Shown here one piece after another: positions 10,230 to 22,002 of a DNA stretch of 64,000 nt. The translations under genes and the position numbers were made by a program. The first letter of the stretch is position 1; the number at the start of each line of letters is the position of its first letter. The DNA is taken from the NCBI GenBank assembly GCA_965216565.1, contig OZ244170.1, forward strand, positions 4,192,001 through 4,256,000, given 5' to 3'. Below the pieces are notes generated by a model. That model was given only the letters and a program-made list of their open reading frames with translations, was not told the origin of the DNA and did not search any database. Source of the DNA: Bythopirellula sp. (GTDB lineage: Bacteria > Planctomycetota > Planctomycetia > Pirellulales > Lacipirellulaceae).

Positions 10230-11099
10230 ATGCCCGCAACTATTCTCGACGGTAAGTCACTCGCCAAGCAGATTCGTCAGGAACTTGCCGCCGAGGTTGC
10301 CGACTTTGTGGAAACGCAAGGCGTCATTCCCACTTTGGCTGCCGTGCTGGTGGGGGCCGATCCTGCCAGCGAGGTGTACGTCCGCAACAAACGCCGCGAC
10401 TGCAAAGAGGTGGGCATGGAGAGTCAGCTCCACACGTTGGGCGAAGAGACTTCGCAAGCGGAACTCTTGGAACTGGTCGACCGACTGAACACCGACGAGG
10501 CGGTGCACGGCATTCTGGTGCAACTTCCCTTGCCGGGGCAAATCGATACCGAGGCCGTTCTGGAAGCGATCAGCCCGCAGAAAGATGTCGACGCGTTTCA
10601 TCCCGAAAGCGTCGGTCGGCTGATGCAAAACCGACCCATCTTTTTGCCGTGTACGCCCCATGGTGTGGTGGAGCTATTGAAACGAAACGATATTTCGCTT
10701 GCCGGCAAACATGTGGTGATCATCGGCCGTAGCGAGATCGTCGGCAAACCGCTCTCCGTGATGCTCGTGCAAAAGGGGGCCGACGCGACGGTCACCCTCT
10801 GTCACAGTCGCACTGCCGACTTGCCCGCGATGACTCGGCAGGCCGATATCCTGGTGGTGGCCATTGGCCGAGCGAACTTTGTGACCGCCGACATGGTTCG
10901 CCCGGGTGCCGCGGTGATTGACGTGGGAATCAACCGCACCGAGACGGGACTGGTGGGCGACGTCGATTTCGAGGCCGTGAGCGAAGTTGCCGGTTCCATC
11001 ACCCCGGTCCCTGGCGGCGTGGGGCCATTGACGCGCGTGATGCTGCTGCACAACACGCTCACCGCCGCCCGCCAACTGACTGCATCTCGAAAAAACTGA
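10230..11099 (+). CDS. folD: Bifunctional methylenetetrahydrofolate dehydrogenase/cyclohydrolase
   Basis: YVRNK, HGILVQLPLP, KDVDAFH, PCTP, GRSEIVGKP, TPVPGGVGP. Confidence 0.96.
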   Translation: MPATILDGKSLAKQIRQELAAEVADFVETQGVIPTLAAVLVGADPASEVYVRNKRRDCKEVGMESQLHTLGEETSQAELLELVDRLNTDEAVHGILVQLPLPGQIDTEAVLEAISPQKDVDAFHPESVGRLMQNRPIFLPCTPHGVVELLKRNDISLAGKHVVIIGRSEIVGKPLSVMLVQKGADATVTLCHSRTADLPAMTRQADILVVAIGRANFVTADMVRPGAAVIDVGINRTETGLVGDVDFEAVSEVAGSITPVPGGVGPLTRVMLLHNTLTAARQLTASRKN

Positions 11100-11180
11100 T
11101 TTTCCGAATTTCGATTTCTACATCATGTTGTGTGACACGAATTTCTTCACACAAGATAGCCGCATAGGGCCATTAACCCA

Positions 11181-11987
11181 TCACGGAGTACGCTGGCGGA
11201 GTGCTTCGTACAGAACGATCGCTGCGGTGACCGAGACATTCAAACTATCGGCCATCCCCCGCATCGGCAGCCGTACCGCTTGGACCTCGTCCCCTTCCCA
11301 CCGCGATGTGAGCCCCTCGGCCTCGCTCCCCAGCACAATGGCAGCCCCCTGCCGGTAATCGATTTCCGAGTAGAGCACCGTGGCATCGGGCCGAGCCGCG
11401 ATGATCGGCGTTTTCCACCTTTTGAGATGCGAGATAGTTTCTTCAAACGATGCCTGACAGACGTTTCCCGCAAAGACGGTCCCGGTGCTCGCGCGAATGG
11501 TATTGGGGCTATAGAGATCGGCAGCAGGATCAACCACGCTCACCGCGTCGACCCCCGCCGCATCCGCCGACCGCAAGATGGCACCCACGTTGCCAGGCTT
11601 TTCGAGCCCTTCCAACACAGCCACCAGTGAGTTCTCGGGAAGTTGGAGATCCTGCAACTTCCGCTCCGGCCGACTGGCAACAACGACCACGCCGTCCTCG
11701 TTATCGCCAAACGCCAGTTTTGCATACACCTCCTCTGAAACGGTCGAACAGGTTTCCGCATTCTCAGCCACCAAAGCAGCGGCTTCCTGCCCTTCGGGGG
11801 AATGGATCAGTTCCTGGCAAACGAATGCTTCGGTAGCGATTACCCCCGCATTCAAAGCCCGCAAAATCGGTCGGGCACCATCAATGAGGATCCGCCCCTG
11901 CTTGGCTCGCTGACGCGAGTTGCGAAGCTTGATAGCCGCTTTGATGCGTTCGTTCTGCCGACTTGTGATGTGGTGTTCGATTGCCAT
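11181..11987 (-). CDS. TrmH/SpoU family RNA methyltransferase
   Basis: KPGNVGAILRSADA, LGSEAEG and DSLNVSV SPOUT motifs. Confidence 0.9.
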   Translation of the reverse strand: MAIEHHITSRQNERIKAAIKLRNSRQRAKQGRILIDGARPILRALNAGVIATEAFVCQELIHSPEGQEAAALVAENAETCSTVSEEVYAKLAFGDNEDGVVVVASRPERKLQDLQLPENSLVAVLEGLEKPGNVGAILRSADAAGVDAVSVVDPAADLYSPNTIRASTGTVFAGNVCQASFEETISHLKRWKTPIIAARPDATVLYSEIDYRQGAAIVLGSEAEGLTSRWEGDEVQAVRLPMRGMADSLNVSVTAAIVLYEALRQRTP

Positions 11988-12869
11988 TTATGCGGGCCAC
12001 CGTCCGAATATGCCGCTGGGAAGTTTTCGGCCATCTGCGGTTTGCAGATAGAGATTGCCGCAACGGGGGGGCTGACCGCAGTGACCAACCATGCCATCGG
12101 ACAAGTAAGCCCCCAGTTCGGCCGAGCCAATGCCCGGCGAATGACAGGTGCACAGCACAAACAATCGCTTCTCCGACGTCAGCTGGCCACACAACTGTAG
12201 CAGCGGCAGAAAATCGCGTTTGATCGACCACTCCTCGCCCTTCGGGCCATGGCCATAGCTGGGCGGATCGAGAATCACAGCGTCGTACTGATTGCCCCGT
12301 TTGACCTCGCGGTCGCAGAATTTCAGGGCGTCCTCCACAATCCAACGGATCGGAGCATCGCCCAAGCCCGAGGCCGCCGCGTTTTCCCGAGCCCTGGCCA
12401 CGACGCTCTTGGCAGCGTCGATATGGGTCACTTCCGCCCCCGCTATCGCTGCAGCCAACGTGCTTCCGCCGGTGTAGCCAAACAGATTCAGGACCTTCGG
12501 CGGTTGCCCCGCCCTGCCAACCTGTTTGGCGATCCATTGCCAGTTGCGAAACTGCTCGAAGAACACACCAACCTGTCCGGAAGGCAGTGGCGAAAGGTGC
12601 AGCTGGATGCGGTGCTGATCAGAGAGCTGCACCGGAAAATCTATTTCTGCACTTCGCCAGCCCTTGTCCTTCGAGAGCCAGGTGCCGTCAGCTGCTCGCT
12701 CTCCCTTGTACTGCGCATCCGCGTGGCTCCAGTCCTTCAGACGTGGCTTGTTGTCTGCAGCAGTCGGGCATGGTCTGTCTAGAATCCACTTCCCAAACCG
12801 CTCCAGCTTGCGGCCATCCCCAAAGTCGAGCAATTCGTAATCGGGGCAATCAGCAGCCATTGCATTCAT
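11988..12869 (-). CDS. Class I SAM-dependent methyltransferase (RlmI/RlmK-like)
   Basis: YELLDFGDGRKLERFG, VLNLFGYTGG, ILDPPSYG; start 12869 gives an ATGA overlap with the upstream gene. Confidence 0.85.
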   Translation of the reverse strand: MNAMAADCPDYELLDFGDGRKLERFGKWILDRPCPTAADNKPRLKDWSHADAQYKGERAADGTWLSKDKGWRSAEIDFPVQLSDQHRIQLHLSPLPSGQVGVFFEQFRNWQWIAKQVGRAGQPPKVLNLFGYTGGSTLAAAIAGAEVTHIDAAKSVVARARENAAASGLGDAPIRWIVEDALKFCDREVKRGNQYDAVILDPPSYGHGPKGEEWSIKRDFLPLLQLCGQLTSEKRLFVLCTCHSPGIGSAELGAYLSDGMVGHCGQPPRCGNLYLQTADGRKLPSGIFGRWPA

Positions 12870-13606
12870 CGGGACCAGTAGAAAAGTTGCTGACGGAGCC
12901 GACCGGTCCACATCTCGTAGCCATCTTCGTTGAGATGCAGTCCGTCACCCACGAATAGCTCTCTGCGTGGTTCGCCCTCCTCGTCCAACATGGGTTCCCA
13001 AATGTCTACAAAAGCGAGCCGTTTAGAGTCTTTCTTACAGTCAGCAGCGATCAGGGCGTTGGCTTCCTGCATTTCCTCGGCTAGCTTCCAACGAGCAATG
13101 CTTGGCTTGATGGAAATGTACATCAGTTTCGCTTTGGGCAGCTTTTCAAGCATCTGCTTGTTGAATGCCTGAAAGTCGGCGTGAACCTGCTTCGCTTTCT
13201 TGCCGCCGGCGATGTCATTATCGCCTGCGTACAGCACCACAACATTCGGCTGTTGCTTGGCGACTAGTGTGTCAAAATAGTGGACCGAATCGCAAAGCTC
13301 CGATCCACCGAAACCCCGATTGACGGACCTTTTTAGGTTGGGAAAGTATTTCGGCAGATTCCACAGTCGAATGCTGGAGCTTCCCACGAAGACGGCACCG
13401 CCCTCCCCTGGTGGCTCATTTTCGTCAGCTTTTTTAAACTCAGCGATGGTCTTTTTCCAGCGTTCCGGCTTGCAAGCAGACTCTTTTCCGCTGGCTTGAA
13501 CGTTTTCAGGAGTGTCCGGCTTCGTCTCGGTTTCAACAGCTTGTCCTGTCAAAGCCGGCAAGCAGATTGTCAGAAAAATCGCCTTTTTTACGGTGTCTAG
13601 ATACAT
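12866..13606 (-). CDS. SGNH/GDSL hydrolase family protein, secreted
   Basis: FVGSSSI, NRGFGGS, YAGDND and DGLH blocks; signal peptide. Confidence 0.88.
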   Translation of the reverse strand: MYLDTVKKAIFLTICLPALTGQAVETETKPDTPENVQASGKESACKPERWKKTIAEFKKADENEPPGEGGAVFVGSSSIRLWNLPKYFPNLKRSVNRGFGGSELCDSVHYFDTLVAKQQPNVVVLYAGDNDIAGGKKAKQVHADFQAFNKQMLEKLPKAKLMYISIKPSIARWKLAEEMQEANALIAADCKKDSKRLAFVDIWEPMLDEEGEPRRELFVGDGLHLNEDGYEMWTGRLRQQLFYWSR

Positions 13607-13770
13607 TTTGCTCACTCCCGGTAGTAGGGATACTTTCACCGATTGTTGGGGGACTCGATTTCTTACACTTGGGTCGGTACTCGAATAGGCGTAGAATGTG
13701 TGGTTCGCGCCAGCTCTCCAAGCAATCTTGCCGACCCTTCCCGCTCACTTCGAATCGACCACACGGACGT

Positions 13771-16700
13771 ATGCCCGCCTCAGACATCATTATCAAAGGC
13801 GCTCGCGAGCACAACTTGCGAGATGTCGATCTGGTTCTCCCCCGCAACAAGCTTATCTGCTTGACCGGTGTCAGCGGTAGCGGCAAAAGCTCGCTGGCCT
13901 TCGATACCCTATATGCCGAGGGGCAGCGGCGCTATGTGGAAAGCCTATCGACCTTCGCCAGGCAATTTCTGGGGCAAATGCCCAAGCCAGACGTGGACCA
14001 CATCAGCGGTTTGAGCCCTTCGATCTCCATCGCCCAAAAGTCCGCCGGCAGCAACCCCCGCTCCACGGTGGGAACGATCACGGAAATCTACGATTTCCTC
14101 CGCGTGCTATTCGCGCGGGTGGGCCAAGGTCGCTGCCACCAGTGTCAGCAGCCGATTACCGCCCAAACTCGTGAGCAGATTATTGCCAGAATCCTGGCAT
14201 TGCCATCGAAGGCGAAATTCTCGGTGCTGGCCCCCATGGTCCGGCAGCAGAAAGGCGAGTTCCGTGACCTTTGCGAGGACCTGCTTAAACAAGGGTTTGT
14301 GCGAGCCCGCGTAGATGGTCAGGTTGTGCAGCTAACCGACGATTTGGGACTCGATCGTCAAATGCGGCACGACATCGAAGTGGTCGTCGATCGGCTCGTG
14401 AACGGGCCCAGTATCCGTACCCGACTAGCGGAGGCAGTGGAACTTGCGCTGAAAGTTGGTCAGGGGAATATCATCGTTGCCACGGAAAGTGATGACGAGG
14501 AAAAGCCGGCTAAGAAATCGACCAAGAAGAAACGTCGTGGTGCACCGCTGGAAGGCGATCTAGTGCTGTCGGCCGATTATGCCTGCAACTCTTGTGGTAT
14601 CAGTTTTCAGCCCCCTTCGCCGCAGTTGTTCAGCTTCAATAGTCCCCAAGGAATGTGTTACGAGTGCGACGGTCTAGGCGATATGTTCAGCTTCGATCCG
14701 GAGAAGCTCATCACCGAGCCGGAAAAGTCTCTGGCCAAGGGATGTATTGAGTTGGTCGGTCCTTGGAAGGATCTGGGCCGGTGGAAACGGCACATCTACA
14801 AGGGTGTGGCTGATTCGATGGAGCGTAAGCTGGAACTTGAGTCTGGGACACTTGCCGAAACACCTTGGCAAGAACTCACCGAAGAGCAGCAGTTTCTGTG
14901 GCTATGGGGAACGGGTGAGGAGCATATCACTTACACCTGGCGAGGCGGGAAGAACTCGCAGAAGTATGGCGGCACGTTCGATGGGATCATTCCAGAACTG
15001 CTGGAAAAGTATCGTAGCGCGAAAAGCAAATCGCTGATTGCTAAGCTCGAAAAGTATATGAACGTTATTCGTTGTCCCGATTGCGAAGGACAGCGGCTTA
15101 GCCCCCAGGCACGTTCCACAACGGTTACCACAACCCATGCCGATTTCGCCAACCAACCGGAGCTGACGCTACCGCAGATTTGCAATCTGCCGATTGACGA
15201 GGCCGAAGCGTTTTTCTCGGATTTGGAGCTTAACGAGACGAGTGCCACTATTGCCGCTGAGGTATTGAAAGAAATTCGCGGTCGGCTCGGTTTTCTTGCC
15301 AATGTGGGGCTCGATTACTTGTCGCTCGATCGCACGGCACCCACACTTTCGGGTGGCGAAACGCAGCGGATTCGTCTTGCGGGGCAGATTGGCTGCGGGC
15401 TGGTCGGTGTGCTTTACATTCTCGACGAACCTTCCATTGGACTGCATCCACGCGATAACGACCGCCTGCTGGGGACCCTCGAACGGCTTCGCGATCAAGG
15501 TAATACCGTCGTGGTAGTCGAGCACGACGAAGACACAATGCGGGCGGCAGATCATATCATCGACTTCGGCCCTGGCCCCGGTATCCGCGGTGGCGATGTC
15601 GTGGCCGAGGGCACCGCTGCGGAGGTGGGACGCAAGAAGAAAAGCGTTACCGGAGCGTACTTGGCGGGGAAACGCGAAATCAAAGTCCCCCCACAAAGAC
15701 GGATTGGCGAGACCACTTCAGCGGTCGGAAACAAGCTCCGAGTCATCGGCGCCCGTCACAATAATCTCAAAAACGTCGACGTCGAAATTCCCCTCGGGGC
15801 GTTCGTCTGTGTGACCGGCGCTAGCGGTAGCGGAAAGAGTTCGCTGGTAAGTGATATTCTCGTCGAGGCCCTACGGCGCGATCTTAACAACGGCAAAGGC
15901 ACGCCGGGCGATCACGACCGCATCGAGGGGTTGGAGCACCTCGACAAAATGATCGCCATCGACCAATCGCCCATCGGCCGTACGCCACGCTCGAACCCGG
16001 CTACGTATATCAAGGTGTTCGATGACATCCGCAGCCTGTTCGCCCAACTGCCCGAATCGAAACGACGCGGATTTCGCCCCGGACGATTCAGCTTCAACGT
16101 GGCAGGAGGTAGATGCGAAGCTTGCAGCGGCAATGGGGCTAACAAGCTAGAAATGGATTTCCTGGCCGACGTGTGGATCCCCTGCTCTGTGTGCGGGGGG
16201 CATCGATTCAATCACGAATCTCTCCAGGTGCAGTACAAGGGGAAATCGATTGCCGATGTGTTGGAGATGGATATTCAGCAGGCCCTCGAGCACTTCGAAA
16301 ACGTCCCCAACATTCGGCACAAACTCGAAACGCTCCATGCCGTGGGGCTCGACTACATGAAGCTGGGGCAACCCTCGCCAACGCTATCGGGGGGCGAGGC
16401 TCAGCGGATCAAGCTGGCCCGCGAACTCGTCAAGAAATCGACCGGGCGGACGCTTTACATGCTTGATGAGCCCACCACAGGGTTGCACTTTGCCGATATC
16501 GAGATGCTGCTGCAGGTGCTGCATGCGTTCGTCGATGCGGGCAATACCGTGCTTGTGGTCGAGCACAATTTGGACGTGATCAAAACGGCCGATTGGATCA
16601 TCGATGTGGGCCCCGACGGCGGCAAAGCGGGCGGACAAATCGTAGCCGCCGGCACCCCCGAGCAAATCGTAACCGGTGAGACTGCTTCAGCGGTCGGAAA

Positions 16701-19700
16701 GAAAAAACAATTCTCCCACACCGCCACCGCATTGGCCCCCTACCTGGGCGCCACTCCCACGAATGGCAAAGCCAATAAGAAATCTCTCCAACGCCAACAG
16801 GTGAAACAGGCAAGCCACATCGTGGTGGAAGGTGCCCAGCAGCATAATTTGCGTGACGTCTCGGCTAAGATTCCCCGCGACCAACTGACGGTTTGCTGCG
16901 GTCCTAGCGGCAGTGGGAAAAGCTCGCTCGCCATGGACACGATCTATGCCGAGGGGCAGCGTCGCTACGTCGAGAGCCTGAGTAGCTACGCCCGCCAGTT
17001 TGTCGGTCAGTTGCAGAAACCCCAAGTCGAATCGATCGAGGGTTTGTCGCCAGCAATTGCGATCGAACAACGGACCACGGGCCATTCGCCCCGATCGACC
17101 GTGGGGACCGTAACAGAAATCTACGATTACTTCCGCATTCTGCTTTCGCGACTTGGCCAAATGCATTGCCCTGAATGCGATGCTCCAATTGGGACGCAGA
17201 GTTCTGACGAAGTGATCGAGGCGGTACTTTCCGAGCCAGAGGGAACGAAACTCTATCTCATGGCCCCTGTGGAGTTGGGTGCGGGGCAGACCTATGAGGA
17301 TCTTTGGAAAACTCTCGGCGATGCAGGATATGTGCGTGTGCGGGTGGATGGGCAAACTCACGAATTGGCAGGGATGCCGTCGATCGACCGTCGCCGCAAG
17401 CACGATGTGGAGGTGATCGTCGACCGTGTCAGTATCCGCAAGGCGTCGCGGGGACGATTGGCCGACAGTATCGAAAATACGTTGACCCTTGGTCGCGGCG
17501 TCTTGCACACCGTGCATGTCGAGCCGGACGTTCCTGAGCAACGGTGGGTTCACAAAGTACACAGCCAGCACTTGGTGTGCACCGATTGCAATCGCAGCTT
17601 CGAGCCGTTGTCGCCGCATCATTTTTCGTTCAATAGTGCATTGGGTTGGTGCGAAGCTTGCGAGGGTCTTGGGGTAGAAACGGGTGCCGATCCTGCCGCT
17701 TTGCTACGAAGTACTCAGATGACGCTCGCAGAGGGTGCGATTCTGGCGTGGCCGGGCGTCGATCAGCCATTGTTTGCTGCGATGCTCAAAGCCCTTTCCG
17801 AACAAATGGGTCTGCCCATCGATGTGCCTTACGATCAGCTTTCACCCCGGCAGCGACGCTTAGTCCTCTACGGCACTGGCGAAGAATGGATTGTTGTAAA
17901 AGCGGGAAGTGGAAAGCGGAAAGCGGCAGGCGCGACTGCTTCTGCAGCCGAGGGCCTCAAGTTCCAATACAAGGGCCTCTACCCCGCTCTGGAGGAAGCT
18001 TCACGCATCTCCCCCCGTTTGCGAAGCCGCTTGGAAGAGTTTGTCGGCGAGATCGAATGCAGCGAGTGCGGCGGCAGTCGCCTGCGCGACGATGCCTCGG
18101 CAGTACGGTTTGCCGGGAAGACAATCGATCAGTATTGCCGTTTGCCACTGGGGCAATTGATCGAGGTCGTGAAGAAGTGGAAGCTGCCCGCTGCACAGAA
18201 AAAGATTGCCGGCGAACTTGTCCGCGAGATTAGCAATCGGCTCACCTTCCTGATCGAAGTCGGGCTGGAGTATCTGACGGTTGGGCGCTCGGCGCCGACG
18301 CTCTCGGGTGGTGAATCGCAGCGGATTCGTTTGGCCAGCCAGGTGGGAAGCGGCCTCTGTGGTGTGCTCTATGTGTTGGACGAACCCACCATCGGGTTGC
18401 ACCCGAGGGATAACACTCGGCTAGTGAATGCTCTCCACAAGCTCCGCGACCTGGGCAATACGTTAATGGTCGTCGAGCACGATCGCGAGGTGATTGACGG
18501 AGCCGATCAGATTTTGGACTTCGGCCCCGCCGCCGGGCGCTTGGGGGGAGAGATTGTAGCGCGTGGCACGCCAGAGGAAGTCGCCAAACGTCGCAAAAGC
18601 GTCACCGGGCCGTATCTCTCCGGTAAAAAGGCGATTGGCGTCCCCAAGAATCGCCGTATCGACACCGACGTATCCGCTTCAGCGATCGGGAAAAGCAAAT
18701 CCGGTCCTACACTTTCAATTCGAGGCGCTCGTCAGCACAACCTGAAGAACATCGATGTTCATTTCCCGCTGGGCAATCTCATTGCGGTGACGGGCGTCAG
18801 CGGCAGTGGTAAAAGCTCACTGGTCGAGGACATTCTGTATAGCCAACTTGCTCGTACGCTGCATCGGGCAGGCACAACGCCGGGGGCACACGATCGTATT
18901 GTTGGCATCGAGCATATCGACAAGGTAATCCGCGTCGACCAGCGTTCGCTCGGCAATAGCCCGTCCTCGAACCCAGCGACGTACACAGGATTGTTTGAAC
19001 TCATACGTCAATTGTTCGCCCAACTGCCTGATTCTAAACTGCGAGGCTATGCGGCCCGACGGTTTAGTTTCAACGTTCCGGGGGGTCGCTGCGATGCCTG
19101 CGATGGGGCGGGTCAGCTTTGCATCGAGATGCACTTTTTGCCAGATGTGTGGGTCGATTGCGACACGTGCCAAGGGCACCGCTTCAACAAGGAAACGTTG
19201 GAGGTGAAATATCGGGGCCGTTCGATTGCCGACGTCTTGGAAATGTCGTGCGGAGAGGCGTTGGCTCTGTTTTCGAATATCCCAAAGATTCGACGGATCT
19301 TAGAAACGCTGTGCGATGTGGGGCTCGACTATGTAGCACTGGGGCAGAGTGCGGCGACGCTCTCGGGCGGCGAGGCCCAGCGTGTGAAACTTGCCAGCGA
19401 ACTTTCACGGCCCGATACGGGCAAAACGCTTTACTTGCTCGATGAACCAACGACTGGCCTACATTTCGACGACATCACGAAATTGCTGGACGTGTTGCAT
19501 CGATTGGTTGATCTCGGCAACACGGTGGTAGTGATCGAGCACAACTTGGACGTTATCAAGCAAGCCGACTGGATTATCGACATCGGACCCGAGGCAGGAT
19601 TCGAAGGTGGAGAACTTGTGGGCGCGGGTACTCCAGAGCAGATAGTGAAAAGTGGCGGCACCGGTAAGCTCGCTACAGCAAGCGGGAAGAAGCGAAAGAA

Positions 19701-20835
19701 GTCAACGATGTCGCACACCGCGGCCGCGTTGGCCCCGGTGCTCAAAGCAGGGCCCAGCGTGAAGCGGAAACTCTACGATTTTGCTGCGGCTGAAGCCAAG
19801 CGCGAAGGCGACCTGGAAATCAGCGAATTCGGCGAGAATATCAAGATGCCCTGGGAGATCGATGGTCGCCGCTGGCATACGCAGGACCGGGTAAATCGAG
19901 CTGGAGGTCCTTGCCAATGGGATGGCAAAATTTTGGATCGCGTCGAGCGAAAGATCCAAGAGTTGGGCGAGTTCAGTGCGACCAACTGGGATAGTAAGAC
20001 GATCGTCGAGATTGCGGCCCCCAAGAAAAGCGATGGCTGGTTTTTCCACGCGATTACCGCCGAGCCGTGGCTCTTGAAAATGAAATTTCGCACGGCCAAG
20101 AAAACCTTCCAACGCGACCAGCTTATGGTGGCCCTGAATCTCAAGCCATTGAACGATATCGCCGAGATCGAAGCCTACGGACGTGGGCCACGCGTGAAGT
20201 GCAAGAACCTGCGTGGTCCGTTCCAGGAAGTGGAAATCCGCGCCTACGATTGGCAGGAAATCGATACGCCGGAGTTCTGGAGTTTTCTGGAAAAGGCGGT
20301 CCAAGGCTTCGGAAAATTCACCCAACGGATCGAAACGAATCCGGAAGATGTGATGCCCTGGAAAGTGCTGGGCCGCAAGTGGCATCTGGCCCGCAAAGGA
20401 TTCCCGCCCGGGAAGCGCCCCGAATGGTCGGCTGAGGTTCTTGAGGAGCTGCTCGAATTGCTGGCCGATGCAGCGAACGAATTCGCCGAGCAAAACGGCG
20501 CGGTCAAGGGTGACAAGGGGGCACAGTTCTTATGGAACAATCAACAGGTGGTGAACGTCATGGTTCCCTCTCAACGAGAACCCTGGGCCGTGGTTCACAC
20601 CAAACGATTGGCCTCCGTGGAGTTGGTTCTCAACGGGCCGACCGGTGCTTTTGCAACCGGACGCATTGCTGACCTCGGGGCGGAGCGAACGATCTCCACC
20701 AATGGCGAGGAGCGTGATCAGGTCAAGCTCAGGTTTGTCGATACGGAGCACCTCCATCAAGGCGACCTGCCCGATTTTCTTAACGAACACTTGTCCTCAG
20801 TGAGCGATAGCTCAGCCGAGAGCTCTCTCTCTTAA
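13771..20835 (+). CDS. uvrA: Excinuclease ABC subunit A, double-length (two fused UvrA units) with C-terminal extension
   Basis: Four Walker A motifs ([32 protein letters not shown]), four LSGGE signatures, Zn fingers; start [16 protein letters not shown] at 13771. Confidence 0.95.
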   Translation: MPASDIIIKGAREHNLRDVDLVLPRNKLICLTGVSGSGKSSLAFDTLYAEGQRRYVESLSTFARQFLGQMPKPDVDHISGLSPSISIAQKSAGSNPRSTVGTITEIYDFLRVLFARVGQGRCHQCQQPITAQTREQIIARILALPSKAKFSVLAPMVRQQKGEFRDLCEDLLKQGFVRARVDGQVVQLTDDLGLDRQMRHDIEVVVDRLVNGPSIRTRLAEAVELALKVGQGNIIVATESDDEEKPAKKSTKKKRRGAPLEGDLVLSADYACNSCGISFQPPSPQLFSFNSPQGMCYECDGLGDMFSFDPEKLITEPEKSLAKGCIELVGPWKDLGRWKRHIYKGVADSMERKLELESGTLAETPWQELTEEQQFLWLWGTGEEHITYTWRGGKNSQKYGGTFDGIIPELLEKYRSAKSKSLIAKLEKYMNVIRCPDCEGQRLSPQARSTTVTTTHADFANQPELTLPQICNLPIDEAEAFFSDLELNETSATIAAEVLKEIRGRLGFLANVGLDYLSLDRTAPTLSGGETQRIRLAGQIGCGLVGVLYILDEPSIGLHPRDNDRLLGTLERLRDQGNTVVVVEHDEDTMRAADHIIDFGPGPGIRGGDVVAEGTAAEVGRKKKSVTGAYLAGKREIKVPPQRRIGETTSAVGNKLRVIGARHNNLKNVDVEIPLGAFVCVTGASGSGKSSLVSDILVEALRRDLNNGKGTPGDHDRIEGLEHLDKMIAIDQSPIGRTPRSNPATYIKVFDDIRSLFAQLPESKRRGFRPGRFSFNVAGGRCEACSGNGANKLEMDFLADVWIPCSVCGGHRFNHESLQVQYKGKSIADVLEMDIQQALEHFENVPNIRHKLETLHAVGLDYMKLGQPSPTLSGGEAQRIKLARELVKKSTGRTLYMLDEPTTGLHFADIEMLLQVLHAFVDAGNTVLVVEHNLDVIKTADWIIDVGPDGGKAGGQIVAAGTPEQIVTGETASAVGKKKQFSHTATALAPYLGATPTNGKANKKSLQRQQVKQASHIVVEGAQQHNLRDVSAKIPRDQLTVCCGPSGSGKSSLAMDTIYAEGQRRYVESLSSYARQFVGQLQKPQVESIEGLSPAIAIEQRTTGHSPRSTVGTVTEIYDYFRILLSRLGQMHCPECDAPIGTQSSDEVIEAVLSEPEGTKLYLMAPVELGAGQTYEDLWKTLGDAGYVRVRVDGQTHELAGMPSIDRRRKHDVEVIVDRVSIRKASRGRLADSIENTLTLGRGVLHTVHVEPDVPEQRWVHKVHSQHLVCTDCNRSFEPLSPHHFSFNSALGWCEACEGLGVETGADPAALLRSTQMTLAEGAILAWPGVDQPLFAAMLKALSEQMGLPIDVPYDQLSPRQRRLVLYGTGEEWIVVKAGSGKRKAAGATASAAEGLKFQYKGLYPALEEASRISPRLRSRLEEFVGEIECSECGGSRLRDDASAVRFAGKTIDQYCRLPLGQLIEVVKKWKLPAAQKKIAGELVREISNRLTFLIEVGLEYLTVGRSAPTLSGGESQRIRLASQVGSGLCGVLYVLDEPTIGLHPRDNTRLVNALHKLRDLGNTLMVVEHDREVIDGADQILDFGPAAGRLGGEIVARGTPEEVAKRRKSVTGPYLSGKKAIGVPKNRRIDTDVSASAIGKSKSGPTLSIRGARQHNLKNIDVHFPLGNLIAVTGVSGSGKSSLVEDILYSQLARTLHRAGTTPGAHDRIVGIEHIDKVIRVDQRSLGNSPSSNPATYTGLFELIRQLFAQLPDSKLRGYAARRFSFNVPGGRCDACDGAGQLCIEMHFLPDVWVDCDTCQGHRFNKETLEVKYRGRSIADVLEMSCGEALALFSNIPKIRRILETLCDVGLDYVALGQSAATLSGGEAQRVKLASELSRPDTGKTLYLLDEPTTGLHFDDITKLLDVLHRLVDLGNTVVVIEHNLDVIKQADWIIDIGPEAGFEGGELVGAGTPEQIVKSGGTGKLATASGKKRKKSTMSHTAAALAPVLKAGPSVKRKLYDFAAAEAKREGDLEISEFGENIKMPWEIDGRRWHTQDRVNRAGGPCQWDGKILDRVERKIQELGEFSATNWDSKTIVEIAAPKKSDGWFFHAITAEPWLLKMKFRTAKKTFQRDQLMVALNLKPLNDIAEIEAYGRGPRVKCKNLRGPFQEVEIRAYDWQEIDTPEFWSFLEKAVQGFGKFTQRIETNPEDVMPWKVLGRKWHLARKGFPPGKRPEWSAEVLEELLELLADAANEFAEQNGAVKGDKGAQFLWNNQQVVNVMVPSQREPWAVVHTKRLASVELVLNGPTGAFATGRIADLGAERTISTNGEERDQVKLRFVDTEHLHQGDLPDFLNEHLSSVSDSSAESSLS

Positions 20836-20955
20836 TGCTCTTGAGCAGGGTGGTCTTTAAAAGAGAACTGGCTCGCGATCGCAATTTGTCGCTTGACCAT
20901 TCGTTGCGCGTTCTAGCGATAGCTCTTGTCCCTTCTAAGCGGCGCTGAGGTCCGT

Positions 20956-21039
20956 CGAATAAGGGGGGCAGGCACGACGATGCGACGTTTGCTCAGGGCA
21001 CAAGCCGGCTGCAAACGTCGAGCCAGTCCCCGTTTTTCG
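20956..21039. repeat. REP doublet of the second REP family
   Basis: AAGGGGGGCAGGCACGACG ... CGTCGAGCCAGTCCCCGTTTTTCG, matching the arms at 10044-10128. Confidence 0.75.
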
Positions 21040-21123
21040 ACTACCGACACCACGTTTTAATACGAGTATCTCGGAAGACTCACGCTGCAGAACGTAACGC
21101 AATTGTCGCTGCGTGCCGCGCAT

Positions 21124-21177
21124 AAAAAAGCGATCTGGGGTATCGTGGAGGGAGGTGAGATACGGACCCCAGATCGC
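21124..21177 (-). terminator. Rho-independent terminator-like hairpin with a C-rich loop on the minus strand
   Basis: GCGATCTGGGGT 21130-21141 pairs with ACCCCAGATCGC 21166-21177; A6 at 21124-21129; downstream of the minus-strand ORF 21234-21554. Confidence 0.65.
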
Positions 21178-21233
21178 GAAGGCTACAAAGCCTAAATCGT
21201 TAGCTTGCGCGAAACAAGCTGTCTGTTCTTTTC

Positions 21234-21554
21234 TCAGGCCACCGGTGGACCGTTGGTGGTGTCTGTGAGCCCATTCATCAACGAGCCCAGTACGGGCGAC
21301 TCAGGCAATCCTTCGAGCTTGAGAGGCTGAGAAGGTTGGAAATGCTGCCCTAAGTCTCCATGAAGTTGCACACAATCCAGATAGACTCTTATAAAGCTCT
21401 CGTCTTCCTGAAGCATAGTTTCCAGCTTAGGCAACTCTTCTTCTGGGAGTACATCGTCCAGATACATCCAAACAAGCTGCTCACAGTTTTCGAGTGCTTC
21501 ACTGCTAGGGTTGCCCTTTTCAGGCACATCAGAGTTGGTGTTCTTTTCAGTCAT
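21234..21554 (-). CDS. Small hypothetical protein resembling an anti-sigma factor N-terminal domain
   Basis: CEQLVWMYLDDVLPEEELPKLE...YLDCVQLH pattern resembles anti-sigma N-termini; no TM segment. Confidence 0.55.
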   Translation of the reverse strand: MTEKNTNSDVPEKGNPSSEALENCEQLVWMYLDDVLPEEELPKLETMLQEDESFIRVYLDCVQLHGDLGQHFQPSQPLKLEGLPESPVLGSLMNGLTDTTNGPPVA

Positions 21555-22002
21555 AATTGTTTCTGCCCTTTTCTATATGTTCGCTGAATCGTCGACTTAG
21601 CAGTCGACTGGTGGGAATCGGTCTCAGCAGTCCTGGTAATCGAGGAACAAAAATTCGCTCGATCGATTAGGACGTGAAGGTGGGGTGCAGCTGCCGCGAC
21701 CCTTGATCACTAGGTCGCGGTATTTGCTTCTTTCATCGGCCTACCATCGAGCAAATGGTATGCCGATTTACAAAATTCTGAATATCTGGGCAATATCAAC
21801 CGCCAACTGCTAGGGAAGCCACTGACAGCATTATTCTCCGGCAATCAGTGCTTAAATACGTGGCAATTGAATGAGCAAACTGGTTGCAGGTGAACCATTT
21901 ACGTTGCTCTCGGTAACCTGGCCTACCTGCCGCTGACATTGGTTTGCTTGCGTTATCTCGTTCCTTATCTAATTCCTGCTCTCGCCAATAGTCCGAGAAA
22001 AT

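Noticed and set aside
13567..13770. N-terminal extension of UvrA in the ORF track
   Set aside because: Overlaps the divergent GDSL gene; UvrA homology begins at ATG 13771
16687..20493. Long antisense ORFs inside uvrA (311 aa, 263 aa and others)
   Set aside because: Shadow frames of a GC-rich coding gene; no recognisable motifs
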